A stretch of DNA of 64,000 nt from IMG/VR virus record IMGVR_UViG_3300046798_000124, positions 10,168-74,167 of that record; one strand, 5' to 3'. The position numbers were made by a program, and so were the translations under genes. This DNA comes from a virus. Numbering within the stretch: the stretch's first letter is position 1; each line of letters starts with the position of its first letter. The notes beneath the pieces are model-generated. The model was not told the DNA's origin. It made no database searches and worked only from the letters and a program-made list of their open reading frames with translations. Shown here piece by piece: positions 30,121-38,659 of the stretch.

Positions 30121-30837
30121 GTGGTGCAGGCGTTGAACGAACGACACGGTGTGACCATGATCGACACAGCTGACCTGTCCGAGCGGGAGCGGGCACTGCT
30201 GACGCCGGCGGTGATTGCCCGCTGGACGGACGGGCTGGCCCCCGACGACGAGATCGACCCGACCGAGATCGTCGGCCTGGAGAAGCGGCGCCTCCAGGCG
30301 CTCCAGACGCTCCGGAAGGGCGCAGACCTCTCGGACCAGGAGTGGAAGCTGCTGCGCTTCCTCCAGCGCAACGAGGGGCGGACCTGTACCTACTTGCAGA
30401 TCGCGCGGCACCTCTGGCAGACGCCATCCCACCGCGTCACCGCCCAGAGCCTGATCAGTATCAATGCCAGCCGACAGGGCCTCGGCGGGGTCGTCACCAC
30501 CATCCACGTCCTGGTTCACGGCATCCGCTACAAGCTCGAGATCGACCCATTACGCCCACAGCACCTGTGCAATATCCGAGGCGTTGGGTATCGCTTTTAC
30601 TCGCTGCCGCCATCGCTCAACGATGGCGAGAACTACGAGCGGAGGGCCACCGAGTCCGCGGTCCTGCGCGAGCAGCTGTACCAGCAGCTGGGCCTGCTGG
30701 AGGGTGACTACGTGGCCGTCGAAGACCGCACCGGCACGCCCTACGAGACCCGTATTCGGCCCGGGCCAGAGCACCCGGATCACCCTGTCGCCATCGACGC
30801 CGACGTGATGACCGCTGCGTCCGAGCGACGGCCATGA
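30121..30837 (+). CDS. OmpR-type winged-helix (Trans_reg_C) protein without receiver domain
   Basis: LSDQEWKLLRFL...IARHLW...IHVLVHGIRYKLEIDPLRPQHLCNIRGVGYRF; start uncertain. Confidence 0.8.
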   Translation: MVQALNERHGVTMIDTADLSERERALLTPAVIARWTDGLAPDDEIDPTEIVGLEKRRLQALQTLRKGADLSDQEWKLLRFLQRNEGRTCTYLQIARHLWQTPSHRVTAQSLISINASRQGLGGVVTTIHVLVHGIRYKLEIDPLRPQHLCNIRGVGYRFYSLPPSLNDGENYERRATESAVLREQLYQQLGLLEGDYVAVEDRTGTPYETRIRPGPEHPDHPVAIDADVMTAASERRP

Positions 30838-31030
30838 ACGACGACAGGCTGGATCCCGCCCTGCTAGAGCGCCTCAGGTGCTCGACCTGTGGGGACGTGC
30901 GTCTGGTCCGTTCCGCCACCGTCGAAGAGGTGGAGCGTCGGGGTATCCCCACGACGTACGACGCCCTCTTCATCGTCCCGGCGCGGTGCCCTACCTGCGA
31001 CGGGCCGCCATCACTCCATGAGGAGACACC

Positions 31031-31408
31031 GTGCCCGAGTTGACCATCACCGTCAGCGACGACGACCTGGCCCGCCTCTGTGACGCCGGCGCCCAGCTGG
31101 GCACGACCGTTGAGCAGTTGGGCGCGGCGTTCATCCACCGTGGCCTCATGTACCAGCGCGCTGGTCCGCGCCCCAACACCCAGGCCCAGGCCGCTGCCCG
31201 TGCGCTGCGCCAGTTGGAGCTCGCACGGGTGCTGCGCGCACGGGGCGAGACGCCCATGACCTGGGCAGAGAAGCAGCGGCTGGCCCAGCACTTCGGCGTC
31301 ACCGAACGGACGCTCTACCGTGATCTCCTGGAGGTCACACGAGACCTCGGTCTGGTGCCCCCGGACGCCAGACGCACCCGCCCCACCCCGCAGACCCGCA
31401 CCGCATAA
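31031..31408 (+). CDS. HTH regulator (HTH_11/DeoR-like C-terminus, RHH-like N-terminus)
   Basis: LAQHFGVTERTLYRDL. Confidence 0.65.
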   Translation: MPELTITVSDDDLARLCDAGAQLGTTVEQLGAAFIHRGLMYQRAGPRPNTQAQAAARALRQLELARVLRARGETPMTWAEKQRLAQHFGVTERTLYRDLLEVTRDLGLVPPDARRTRPTPQTRTA

Positions 31409-31420
31409 CCCACGCAGACG

Positions 31421-31457
31421 ACGGTACTTGACATGATCATGTCAAGTACCGTACACT
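31421..31457 (+). promoter_or_regulatory. promoter embedded in a perfect 32-bp palindrome
   Basis: ACGGTACTTGACATGA|TCATGTCAAGTACCGT; TTGACA(31428)-18-TACACT. Confidence 0.75.
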
Positions 31458-31532
31458 CTGGTGGACAGGAAAATGGCCGTGCAAGACTTCACCCTTGCAC
31501 GGCCGATGCGCCACCCGAGAGGAGACCCCGAC

Positions 31533-32240
31533 ATGGTCGCTCCAGCAGTCTACCAGACCAAGCTCGCGAAGACGGAGGCCACGATCGCGGCCCGCGCCGT
31601 TGAGGTATTCGCACAGTACCGCAGCTGGCGATTCGCCCACCGCAAGGCCGATGGCCACCCGTTCTTCATCATGGACGGCAGTCCGGTCAAGCAGTCGGAC
31701 GGCACGATGGACCAGCCGGTCTATTACGTCGACCTCCACGACTGCACCTGCCCGTCCCACCGTGATGGGCACATGGCCTGCAAGCACATGCGGGCGGTTC
31801 GACTCTGGTTCAACGCCGTGAAGGCGGGTGAGATCACGATCCCTCGCCGGATGACGGCGAGGGATCGTGACGTGATGGAAGCCGCCCACGCCGAGAACGA
31901 GGCGATGGATGTGGCCGAGTCGGCCGACGCCCTGCTCGACGCCTACCACCGCGAGCAAGCACGGCGCCGTGCAGCGGCGTACGCCGAGCCCGAGCAGGAC
32001 TGGTGGCAGACCGCCGACGGCGGCATCGTCTGGCTCCAGCCCGGCGACAGCTACGGCCCGGACACCGAGGGTCTCTCCGAGGTCGGTCAGCCGGCGCCGG
32101 CGGCGCCCACGGTACCGACGTCGGTACGCATGGCTGGCCTCAGTGAGGTCTGGCCCGCCTGTCAGGCTGCTGGATGCACCGACGACACGGAACCCCATGA
32201 GCGCTTCTGTCGACGCCACGTCCTTGTCGACGCATTCTGA
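31533..32240 (+). CDS. SWIM zinc finger protein
   Basis: CTCPSH...CKHMRAV. Confidence 0.75.
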   Translation: MVAPAVYQTKLAKTEATIAARAVEVFAQYRSWRFAHRKADGHPFFIMDGSPVKQSDGTMDQPVYYVDLHDCTCPSHRDGHMACKHMRAVRLWFNAVKAGEITIPRRMTARDRDVMEAAHAENEAMDVAESADALLDAYHREQARRRAAAYAEPEQDWWQTADGGIVWLQPGDSYGPDTEGLSEVGQPAPAAPTVPTSVRMAGLSEVWPACQAAGCTDDTEPHERFCRRHVLVDAF

Positions 32241-32257
32241 GAATCCAAGGAGAGCCC

Positions 32258-32611
32258 GTGACCACCATCGCCGGATGTGACCATCACGATCAGACCGGGC
32301 TGGTCCCGGACAACCGCAGCCGAGCCCGTATGCTCGACCAGTTCGCGGCGGCCAGCGCCTTCGGGCGGGCCTTCTTTCAGATGGTGCTGGGCGCCGACCT
32401 GGACCTCTCCGTCGTGACGCCCACGGGCGTCCTGCGTCCACAGCCGACGATCACCATCGAGACCGAGAAGTTCCTGACCGCCTGGACCGCCTACATGGCG
32501 TGGCGCGAGCAGGAGCCGAGAGGCGACGATCTGCTGCCACCCTTTACCCGTGGCAGCGAGATCCGGGTTCCTCCCGACGAGATCGCGGACCCCCCTGAAG
32601 GAAGCGACTGA
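32258..32611 (+). CDS. hypothetical protein
   Basis: AAGGAG RBS, GTG start. Confidence 0.55.
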   Translation: MTTIAGCDHHDQTGLVPDNRSRARMLDQFAAASAFGRAFFQMVLGADLDLSVVTPTGVLRPQPTITIETEKFLTAWTAYMAWREQEPRGDDLLPPFTRGSEIRVPPDEIADPPEGSD

Positions 32612-32667
32612 GAAGGGCGTCTCAGGCGCTGGTGTGGGGTCAACTGACCTCAAGGGTAGCGAGGGAC

Positions 32668-33327
32668 TCAGGGAGCGTGAAACGGCGGGGGAGCGCGCAT
32701 GATGTAGACGATCGTCCCGGCCACCTTGACCTGGTCGGGGCGTAGCGTGCTCCCATCCGATAAGCCGTAACTGTGGTGTCCGCCACGGATGAACCGCCAG
32801 GCCGTCAACGTCGCCGCGCCGTGGAGGAGCAGGACCAACTGCTCGCTCGTGGCGCGCGCGTCGGGGTCGAACAGGACTTGATCGCCGGGGAGGACGTGCG
32901 GCGTCATCCCGCCACCGTCGACGGTGGCCACGTAGACGCGAGCGCGTCCATCAAGCTGGGAGGCCGCGACGGTCAGGGTCCGTCCGGTCGGCACCAGCAC
33001 GCCATCCGGGCCGAGCGTGACCTCCGGCGCGAGTGTCACACCTTCGATACCTAGCAGCGCCGTATCCCGCAGGCCCGGCATCCGGGTCTGCTTCTGGACA
33101 CTGCCGATCAGGGTTGATTCCGGCACCTCCAGGGCCGTGCAGATGTCGCGAATGGTCGAGATACGTGGGGACTGGATCCGACCCCGCGTCAGGAGTGAGA
33201 GCTGGGAGACCGACACACCGGAGCGTGCCGACAGCCGGTGCAGTGATACCCCCCTTCTGCGCAGGAGCGTCCGCAGGCGCTGACCTATCGTCGTCTCGTC
33301 GTTCGGGGTGTGCGCGAGTGCCTGCAC
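32668..33327 (-). CDS. CI-like repressor (XRE HTH plus degenerate S24 domain)
   Basis: N-terminal XRE HTH; C-terminal YVATVDGGGMTPHVLPGDQVLFDP; divergent from a Cro-like gene. Confidence 0.8.
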   Translation of the reverse strand: MQALAHTPNDETTIGQRLRTLLRRRGVSLHRLSARSGVSVSQLSLLTRGRIQSPRISTIRDICTALEVPESTLIGSVQKQTRMPGLRDTALLGIEGVTLAPEVTLGPDGVLVPTGRTLTVAASQLDGRARVYVATVDGGGMTPHVLPGDQVLFDPDARATSEQLVLLLHGAATLTAWRFIRGGHHSYGLSDGSTLRPDQVKVAGTIVYIMRAPPPFHAP

Positions 33328-33401
33328 GAGTGTTGAACCTCCTCATCAGCCAGTGTACAAGAGCCGGCGTTGAAATGCATGCTGGGTCTTGTGGTCTGGC
33401 T

Positions 33402-33431
33402 GTTGACTTCCGTCAACGAGGCGTGTACCGT
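33402..33431 (+). promoter_or_regulatory. rightward promoter with overlapping operator GTTGAC-N4-GTCAAC
   Basis: TTGACT-17-TACCGT; palindrome at 33402-33417. Confidence 0.65.
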
Positions 33432-33450
33432 TCCAGAGCACTGCCCTGAC

Positions 33451-33834
33451 ATGACCGCCTGGGAGGCCCCACCGATGGCGCTGGACCCTGGCACCTTTCG
33501 ACGCCGTGAGCGCACCATCGCCGATCCCGTTCCTGAGCTGACCCTGGTCGAGCAGCTGGAGGCCCAGTCGAAGGCTGAGTCGATCAGCGCCCGTGCGCTG
33601 ATGCGGGCGATTGGCGTCGACCAGGGGCACTGGTCGAAGGTCCGACGGGGCCAGGAGCGGTTCGGCGTCCAGAGTTGCACCAAGATCGTCGCCGCCTACC
33701 CGGCGATGCGGGCCGCTGCTGCCCGCTACCTGACCGCAAGCTACGGCCGGCCCTGTCTGAGCTTGCTCGAAGACGCCAGCCACCTCGTCCAGGCTGGGAG
33801 GGACGCCGACCGTCGTCGCACCGCCCACCGCTAA
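33451..33834 (+). CDS. Cro-like XRE HTH protein
   Basis: SARALMRAIGVDQGHWSKVRRG. Confidence 0.6.
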   Translation: MTAWEAPPMALDPGTFRRRERTIADPVPELTLVEQLEAQSKAESISARALMRAIGVDQGHWSKVRRGQERFGVQSCTKIVAAYPAMRAAAARYLTASYGRPCLSLLEDASHLVQAGRDADRRRTAHR

Positions 33835-33844
33835 CCCCCAGCAC

Positions 33845-33878
33845 ACCAACAGCCCGGCCTGGTGGCCGGGCTGTTGGT
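33845..33878 (+). terminator. strong hairpin after the cro-like gene
   Basis: ACCAACAGCCCGGCC/GGCCGGGCTGTTGGT 15-bp stem. Confidence 0.6.
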
Positions 33879-33960
33879 TGAGGAGATCCGAGCGTGGTGC
33901 CGCCGCGCTCCCTGTCATCGTACCGCACCCGTCGTAGTCCGGGAAGTTGAGGAGGTCGTG

Positions 33961-34197
33961 ATGCAGAGCCAGCGCAACGGTGCCCAGAGGCCAGTCTCGC
34001 TCGACACCTTCAAGCTGATGCGCGGCGAACAGCTGCACCACCGCGAGCGCCAGGACGCCCACGACGACGGGGTGATGCAGGGGTTCTTCCTCGGCCTGTG
34101 TGCAGCGGTGCTCGGCTGGTTCGTGATCTCGGGCCATCTGGTGCGCCTGCTCTACGCCCTCGTCAGATCCATGCTGGCGCTGGACGGTGGAGCGTGA
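33961..34197 (+). CDS. small membrane protein
   Basis: GAGGAGG RBS; hydrophobic C-terminal half. Confidence 0.55.
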   Translation: MQSQRNGAQRPVSLDTFKLMRGEQLHHRERQDAHDDGVMQGFFLGLCAAVLGWFVISGHLVRLLYALVRSMLALDGGA

Positions 34198-35246
34198 GTG
34201 CGCCTGCCCATCGACCGGAGAAAACAAGCCCGGCGACCCGGCCGAAACTGGAGCATTTCGGTGCGATCATCAACGAGTTCATCTCGATCTGGAAAACGCC
34301 GGGCAAGATGATCTCAGCGCCATGGGCACACCCGCGCGTTCTCCACTTCGACTTGCACGCGGCCACCGGTCATGGCGTTGAGGGGCGGGACGGCAGTGCG
34401 TTGATCGCACTCCGCAACATGCTCGCCCGAGATCTCTCTTTCGAGTCGTTTCTCTTCGAGCAGAAGCGGTACAAGTGCGACGCGCTCCGAGAGAACATCG
34501 TGGCGATGCTTCAAGAGCATCGCGAGGCGGTGGTGGAGGGTCCGTTTCGCTCGTATCTCGGCCACACCGCGAGACGCACACCCTGTATCGAAGTGTGCCC
34601 GGTCTGTCACCCGTCGGATCTCGCTGCCTGGATCGACGACCACGCCCACATCATCATCGGCGACCACAATGAGACCATCGATGGTGTCCTGGCCGATCTC
34701 CGTGGACGACTGAGGAAGCGCGCCTACGGCCTGGTCGTGGCCGACCCGTACGGGATCAGTGATCTCGGTCAGGAGCCGCTCATCAAACTATCGCGGGAGC
34801 CACTTCTCCAGCGCGTCGATCAACTCGTCAACGTGGCGACGACAGCCGCGAAGCGCGGCGGCTACCAGCCGGCCTACGACCTCCTCGCGCCCATCCAGAA
34901 GACACGCCGCCTCGTGCGCGAGACGTTGCCAGGCGGCGTCGATCACGGCTGGAACTGGACGATGTTTCTGTTCTCAAACTGGCGTGCCGTGCCGGCGTTC
35001 ATCCGCCTCGGATTCCACGACACGCAATCACCGGAGGGGAAGCAGCTGCTGGACCGCTTCGGCCTCACCGAGCGCCAGCGCAGAGGTGTGACCTCAGCCC
35101 CTTTCGCGATGACGCGGGGTACCGGAGCTACGCCGAGTACCTCGCCCACCCCCGGTTTCGGGCCGTGCGAGCCGATGTCTTCGCCCGCTGCGGCGGCCTC
35201 TGTGAACGGTTCGACCGCACCCGAGCCTCAGAGGTCCATCACGTGA
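34194..35246 (+). CDS. three-Cys-motif partner protein (TcmP/GMT-like SAM-binding fold)
   Basis: TRPKLEHF...FDLHAATG...GSALIAL...GDHNE...VADPYG; adjacent to DUF5131; GTGA coupling at the start. Confidence 0.7.
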   Translation: MSAPAHRPEKTSPATRPKLEHFGAIINEFISIWKTPGKMISAPWAHPRVLHFDLHAATGHGVEGRDGSALIALRNMLARDLSFESFLFEQKRYKCDALRENIVAMLQEHREAVVEGPFRSYLGHTARRTPCIEVCPVCHPSDLAAWIDDHAHIIIGDHNETIDGVLADLRGRLRKRAYGLVVADPYGISDLGQEPLIKLSREPLLQRVDQLVNVATTAAKRGGYQPAYDLLAPIQKTRRLVRETLPGGVDHGWNWTMFLFSNWRAVPAFIRLGFHDTQSPEGKQLLDRFGLTERQRRGVTSAPFAMTRGTGATPSTSPTPGFGPCEPMSSPAAAASVNGSTAPEPQRSIT

Positions 35247-35338
35247 GATACCCGCCGTGGGGCACATTCGACACCGAAGAGAACCTGCTTGCAGTCTGCC
35301 GCCGTTGCCACTGCGAGATCCATGGGAAGGACGCATGA
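35099..35338 (+). CDS. HNH endonuclease domain in the -1 frame of the TcmP-like gene, no own start codon seen
   Basis: PFRDDAGYRSYAEYLAHPRFRAVRADVFARCGGLCERFDRTRASEVHHVRYPPWGTFDTEENLLAVCRRCHCEIHGKDA*; stop overlaps the next ATG (ATGA). Confidence 0.7.
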   Translation, partial: PFRDDAGYRSYAEYLAHPRFRAVRADVFARCGGLCERFDRTRASEVHHVRYPPWGTFDTEENLLAVCRRCHCEIHGKDA

Positions 35339-36759
35339 CGGTACAGCTCGCGGTGCTCAACAGCCAGGTCATGACGGTCGAGGATCAACTTGCTGAGAGC
35401 GAGGCGATCATGGAGCGGGGGCTCTCGAGTTTCCTTGAAGTCGGCCGTGAGTTGATGAAGATCAGGGCTCACGAACTCTACAAGACGAGCGGCTACCGGA
35501 GTTTCTCCGACTACCTGATGGCCCGCTGGCCCGACTTAGGGCGGGCCTACGCTGATCGTGTCATTGCTGCAACAAGGGTCGTAGACAACCTCGCGCCAAT
35601 TGGCGGCACATTACCCGTAAGCGAGTCGCAAGTCCGACCACTGACGGTTCTTGAAGCACCTGAGCAGCTTGAAGCGTGGCAGCGTGTTTTGGAGAAGACC
35701 GGCAAGAAACCCGTCACCGCCAAGCTGGTCGAGCAGACGGTCGAGGAGTTGAAAGCCGAGATCGCCGCCCGCATCGAACCCGAAGAGGACGAAGCGGAAG
35801 AAGAGACACCGGACCTCGATCACCCGCCGATCTACCACGACGATGAAGAGGACGATGAAGAGGACGAGGAGGGTGTCCCTGAGCCTGATGCCCCGGACGC
35901 CGAGCCCGAACCCGAAGAGACGCCGTTGCTGGTCCTCCAGGTTGTTGCCGAGCAGGCTCCAACTATTCGTCCCTACTACGACCTTCCCGCCTGGGAGGCG
36001 CTCTCGGCCGATGAGCAGCAGTGGGTGATTGCACACGCCGCCGACAAGAGCGGCGCAGGATTCAATCGGACGAACGATAACGTCGAGTGGGCGCTCTGGA
36101 CCTGGAATCCCGTCACCGGCTGCAATCATGGGTGCGACTACTGCTACGCCCGCGACATCGCCAATCGCTTCTATGAGGATCTGCCGGAGGGTGAGCGATT
36201 CGCGCCGGTCTTCCGCCCGAATCGACTCCACGCGCCCCGTCGGATGAAGGTGCCGGCCGCCGCCGCGCGGAATGTCGGCGAGAAGAACGTCTTTACGGGG
36301 TCGATGACCGACCTCTTCGGCAAGTGGGTGCCGCAGGACTGGATCGACGCCGTCTTTCATGAGGTCGTCCGTGCCGAGGAGTGGAACTTCCTCTTCCTGA
36401 CGAAGTTCCCGCAGCGCCTTGCCGAACAGCAGTGGCCCGAGAACGCCTGGGTGGGCACGACCGTCGACCGTCAGGCGCGGGTCGCCACCGCCGAGCGGGC
36501 GTTCCGAGGTGTCACAGCCGGCATCAAGTGGCTCTCGGTCGAGCCGATGCTCGAGCGGCTGACCTTCTCGTCGCTGGAGATGTTCGACTGGGTCGTGATC
36601 GGCGGCGCCTCCGAGAGCAGCCAGACGCCGGCGTCGCAGCCACCGACGGAATGGGTCGAGCACCTCGTCCGTCAGGCCCGCGCCGCCGGCTGCCAGGTCT
36701 ATTTCAAGACCAACCTCGGCTATCGGCCTCGCGAGTACCCACAGGGAGTGACACGATGA
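35335..36759 (+). CDS. DUF5131 (phage Gp37/Gp68 radical-SAM-like) protein with N-terminal helical domain and acidic linker
   Basis: VEWALWTWNPVTGCNHGCDYCYA, VFTGSMTDLF, LTKFP, WLSVEPMLE, DWVVIGG, VYFK motifs. Confidence 0.9.
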   Translation: MTVQLAVLNSQVMTVEDQLAESEAIMERGLSSFLEVGRELMKIRAHELYKTSGYRSFSDYLMARWPDLGRAYADRVIAATRVVDNLAPIGGTLPVSESQVRPLTVLEAPEQLEAWQRVLEKTGKKPVTAKLVEQTVEELKAEIAARIEPEEDEAEEETPDLDHPPIYHDDEEDDEEDEEGVPEPDAPDAEPEPEETPLLVLQVVAEQAPTIRPYYDLPAWEALSADEQQWVIAHAADKSGAGFNRTNDNVEWALWTWNPVTGCNHGCDYCYARDIANRFYEDLPEGERFAPVFRPNRLHAPRRMKVPAAAARNVGEKNVFTGSMTDLFGKWVPQDWIDAVFHEVVRAEEWNFLFLTKFPQRLAEQQWPENAWVGTTVDRQARVATAERAFRGVTAGIKWLSVEPMLERLTFSSLEMFDWVVIGGASESSQTPASQPPTEWVEHLVRQARAAGCQVYFKTNLGYRPREYPQGVTR

Positions 36760-37003
36760 ACAGCACGGCGCAGCTTCCCGAGATCGTTGGCATATTCTGG
36801 GCGTGTCGTGGCTGCGGCGACGCAGTCTATCCGCAACGCTGCGAGCACGGAGACAGCGTGCCACTCAACCGGGATGGGACCTGTCACTGGGAGACGTGCC
36901 CGGCAGCCGGCCCGGATGGACCACCGGGGAGCGTGCTGCTCGTGCGACGCTCCGATGGCACATTCCGTCCGTACGCAGCACTCTCGCAGGAGCGGACTCC
37001 ATC

Positions 37004-37369
37004 GTGACGGCGGTCCTGCTCGCGGCGTGGATCGCCCTGGCCTCAGCCGCCGGCTCCCCGGAGCCGGCGCCGGCCTGGTGCAGCGAGATGAACGTCACGG
37101 GGTACGTCCGCTCGGAATATGGGCCGCTGACCTACGACGAAACCCCGATCTGGGTCGAGGGTATCGCCGCCGCCAGCTGGAACATCCCGCTGGGGTGGTA
37201 TGTCGAGGTTGAAGGGGTAGGCATGTTCCGCGTGGCCGACCGCGGCATGCTCGGCAATTCGGGCTGGGTCGATATCGCCGTCTGGAGCCGCCAGGAAGCC
37301 TATGCCTTGACAGGGCGGAAGAACGTCTGTGTGTTCTCGCCCGACCAGCTGGGGACGCAGGCACCATGA
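37004..37369 (+). CDS. secreted 3D-domain-like (MltA-type) protein
   Basis: Signal peptide; VTGY...IAAAS..IPLG...VADRG...WVDIAV. Confidence 0.65.
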   Translation: MTAVLLAAWIALASAAGSPEPAPAWCSEMNVTGYVRSEYGPLTYDETPIWVEGIAAASWNIPLGWYVEVEGVGMFRVADRGMLGNSGWVDIAVWSRQEAYALTGRKNVCVFSPDQLGTQAP

Positions 37370-37431
37370 AGCCGGCGGCCGGCTGCCCATCCCCGTGGCG
37401 CCGGCCGCCGGTCCTCTCGGCCCATCGCTGG

Positions 37432-37593
37432 TCAGGCCGCGACGCGCTCCGAATGTCGCCACTCGCGCAGCGCACGGCGCAGCAAGTGAACGATGAGGCT
37501 GTTGACACTCCGATCGTCTTCAGCCGCCCATTCGGTCAGTTCAGCCAGCACGTCAGCCGGCAAGCGCAGCAGCTTGTTCGCCATTTCAGCCAT
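37432..37593 (-). CDS. Arc/ribbon-helix-helix DNA-binding protein
   Basis: LLRLPADVLAELTEWAAEDDRSVNSLIVHLLRRAL. Confidence 0.75.
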   Translation of the reverse strand: MAEMANKLLRLPADVLAELTEWAAEDDRSVNSLIVHLLRRALREWRHSERVAA

Positions 37594-37674
37594 GTATCTA
37601 GTGTAGACCACCTTGCCATCTCCTTGCACGGGTGTGATATCATGACTGTACCACATTCGTATGGAGTCTGAATC

Positions 37675-38469
37675 ATGATCACCGAAGAGCGCGCCAACGA
37701 GATCCTCGACGACACTGAGGACGAGGACGAGACCCTGGTGGTCACGCCACTCTCGACCTACGAGAAGCTGGCGCTGCCGTTCGACCTGGCCGACCACGCC
37801 CGCGTCAACAAGGGGGGCATGGATCAGACGTTCGCGCCGTGGACGGTGTACGTCGAGCGGCTGAACAGCGTCCTCGGCGTCGAGAACTGGTCGTACCGGA
37901 TCCCACGCGAGGGGTTCACCGAGACCGAGTGCTGGGTGCTCGCGGAGATCACCGCCTTCATCGACGGCGCCGAGATCGTGCGCCAGCAGTACGGCTCGGA
38001 GCCGATCGTCAAGGGTCGGGACGCCAAGCCGACCACCGACCTGTTGAAGTCAACGGCGTCGGACGCGCTCAAGAAAGCCGCGTCTCTGCTCGGCGTCGGC
38101 CTCTACCTCTCGATCAAGGAGGAGCGCCTCGCCATCGAGCAGGCGATGCGTGAGGCGGTCATGGAGGCTGCCGGGCAGATGCGCGGCGCTGGAGGCCCCC
38201 AGAGGGCGCCACAGGGTCAGGATCGGCCTGCCCCCGCCCCGACCCCGATGCGGCCACCACAGGCCGCTCAGCCGGCGCCGGCGCCGCTCGCAACTGGCGA
38301 GCGCGCCAGCCTGGAGAACAAGTACGAGGCGCTTCGCGAACAGGCTCGCCACACGGGCTTCCAGGCATCCTGGGCCACCGGTGGTCCCGAGCAGTTCAAC
38401 GACATCCAACTGCCCAAGTACATCAACCTGCTGGAGCAGCACGTCGCTCGTCAGCGAGTGTCCGCGTGA
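37675..38469 (+). CDS. Rad52/Rad22-family single-strand annealing protein (Sak-like)
   Basis: YVERLNSVLGVENWS...LLKSTASDALKKAASLLGVGLYL. Confidence 0.85.
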   Translation: MITEERANEILDDTEDEDETLVVTPLSTYEKLALPFDLADHARVNKGGMDQTFAPWTVYVERLNSVLGVENWSYRIPREGFTETECWVLAEITAFIDGAEIVRQQYGSEPIVKGRDAKPTTDLLKSTASDALKKAASLLGVGLYLSIKEERLAIEQAMREAVMEAAGQMRGAGGPQRAPQGQDRPAPAPTPMRPPQAAQPAPAPLATGERASLENKYEALREQARHTGFQASWATGGPEQFNDIQLPKYINLLEQHVARQRVSA

Positions 38470-38659
38470 CAGCCGCTGAGAGCCCTGGACGCACTGAAGG
38501 CGCCCCTGCGAGGACGCCCTCAGCCGCGCAGTCTTCGACGCCTCACCGAGCGCAGAAGAAACCCGTCACGGTCATTCTACCAGGTGAGACGTCCCACGTC
38601 GACCAGTGGGAGGTCGCGATGTCCGATCAATGCGCGCTCTGGCAGCAGGGGGGCAACTG

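Noticed and set aside
31421-31452. Protelomerase target (linear plasmid-prophage telomere)
   Set aside because: No TelN-like gene in the window, and the palindrome is adequately explained as an operator over a promoter.
38468-38535. Glycine-riboswitch-like string (GAGAG...CTGAAGGCGC...CCTCAG) before the rep gene
   Set aside because: Only partial resemblance, a single unit, and key GGAGA/CUCUCAGG positions differ. It may be an ordinary hairpin; an Rfam scan would settle it.
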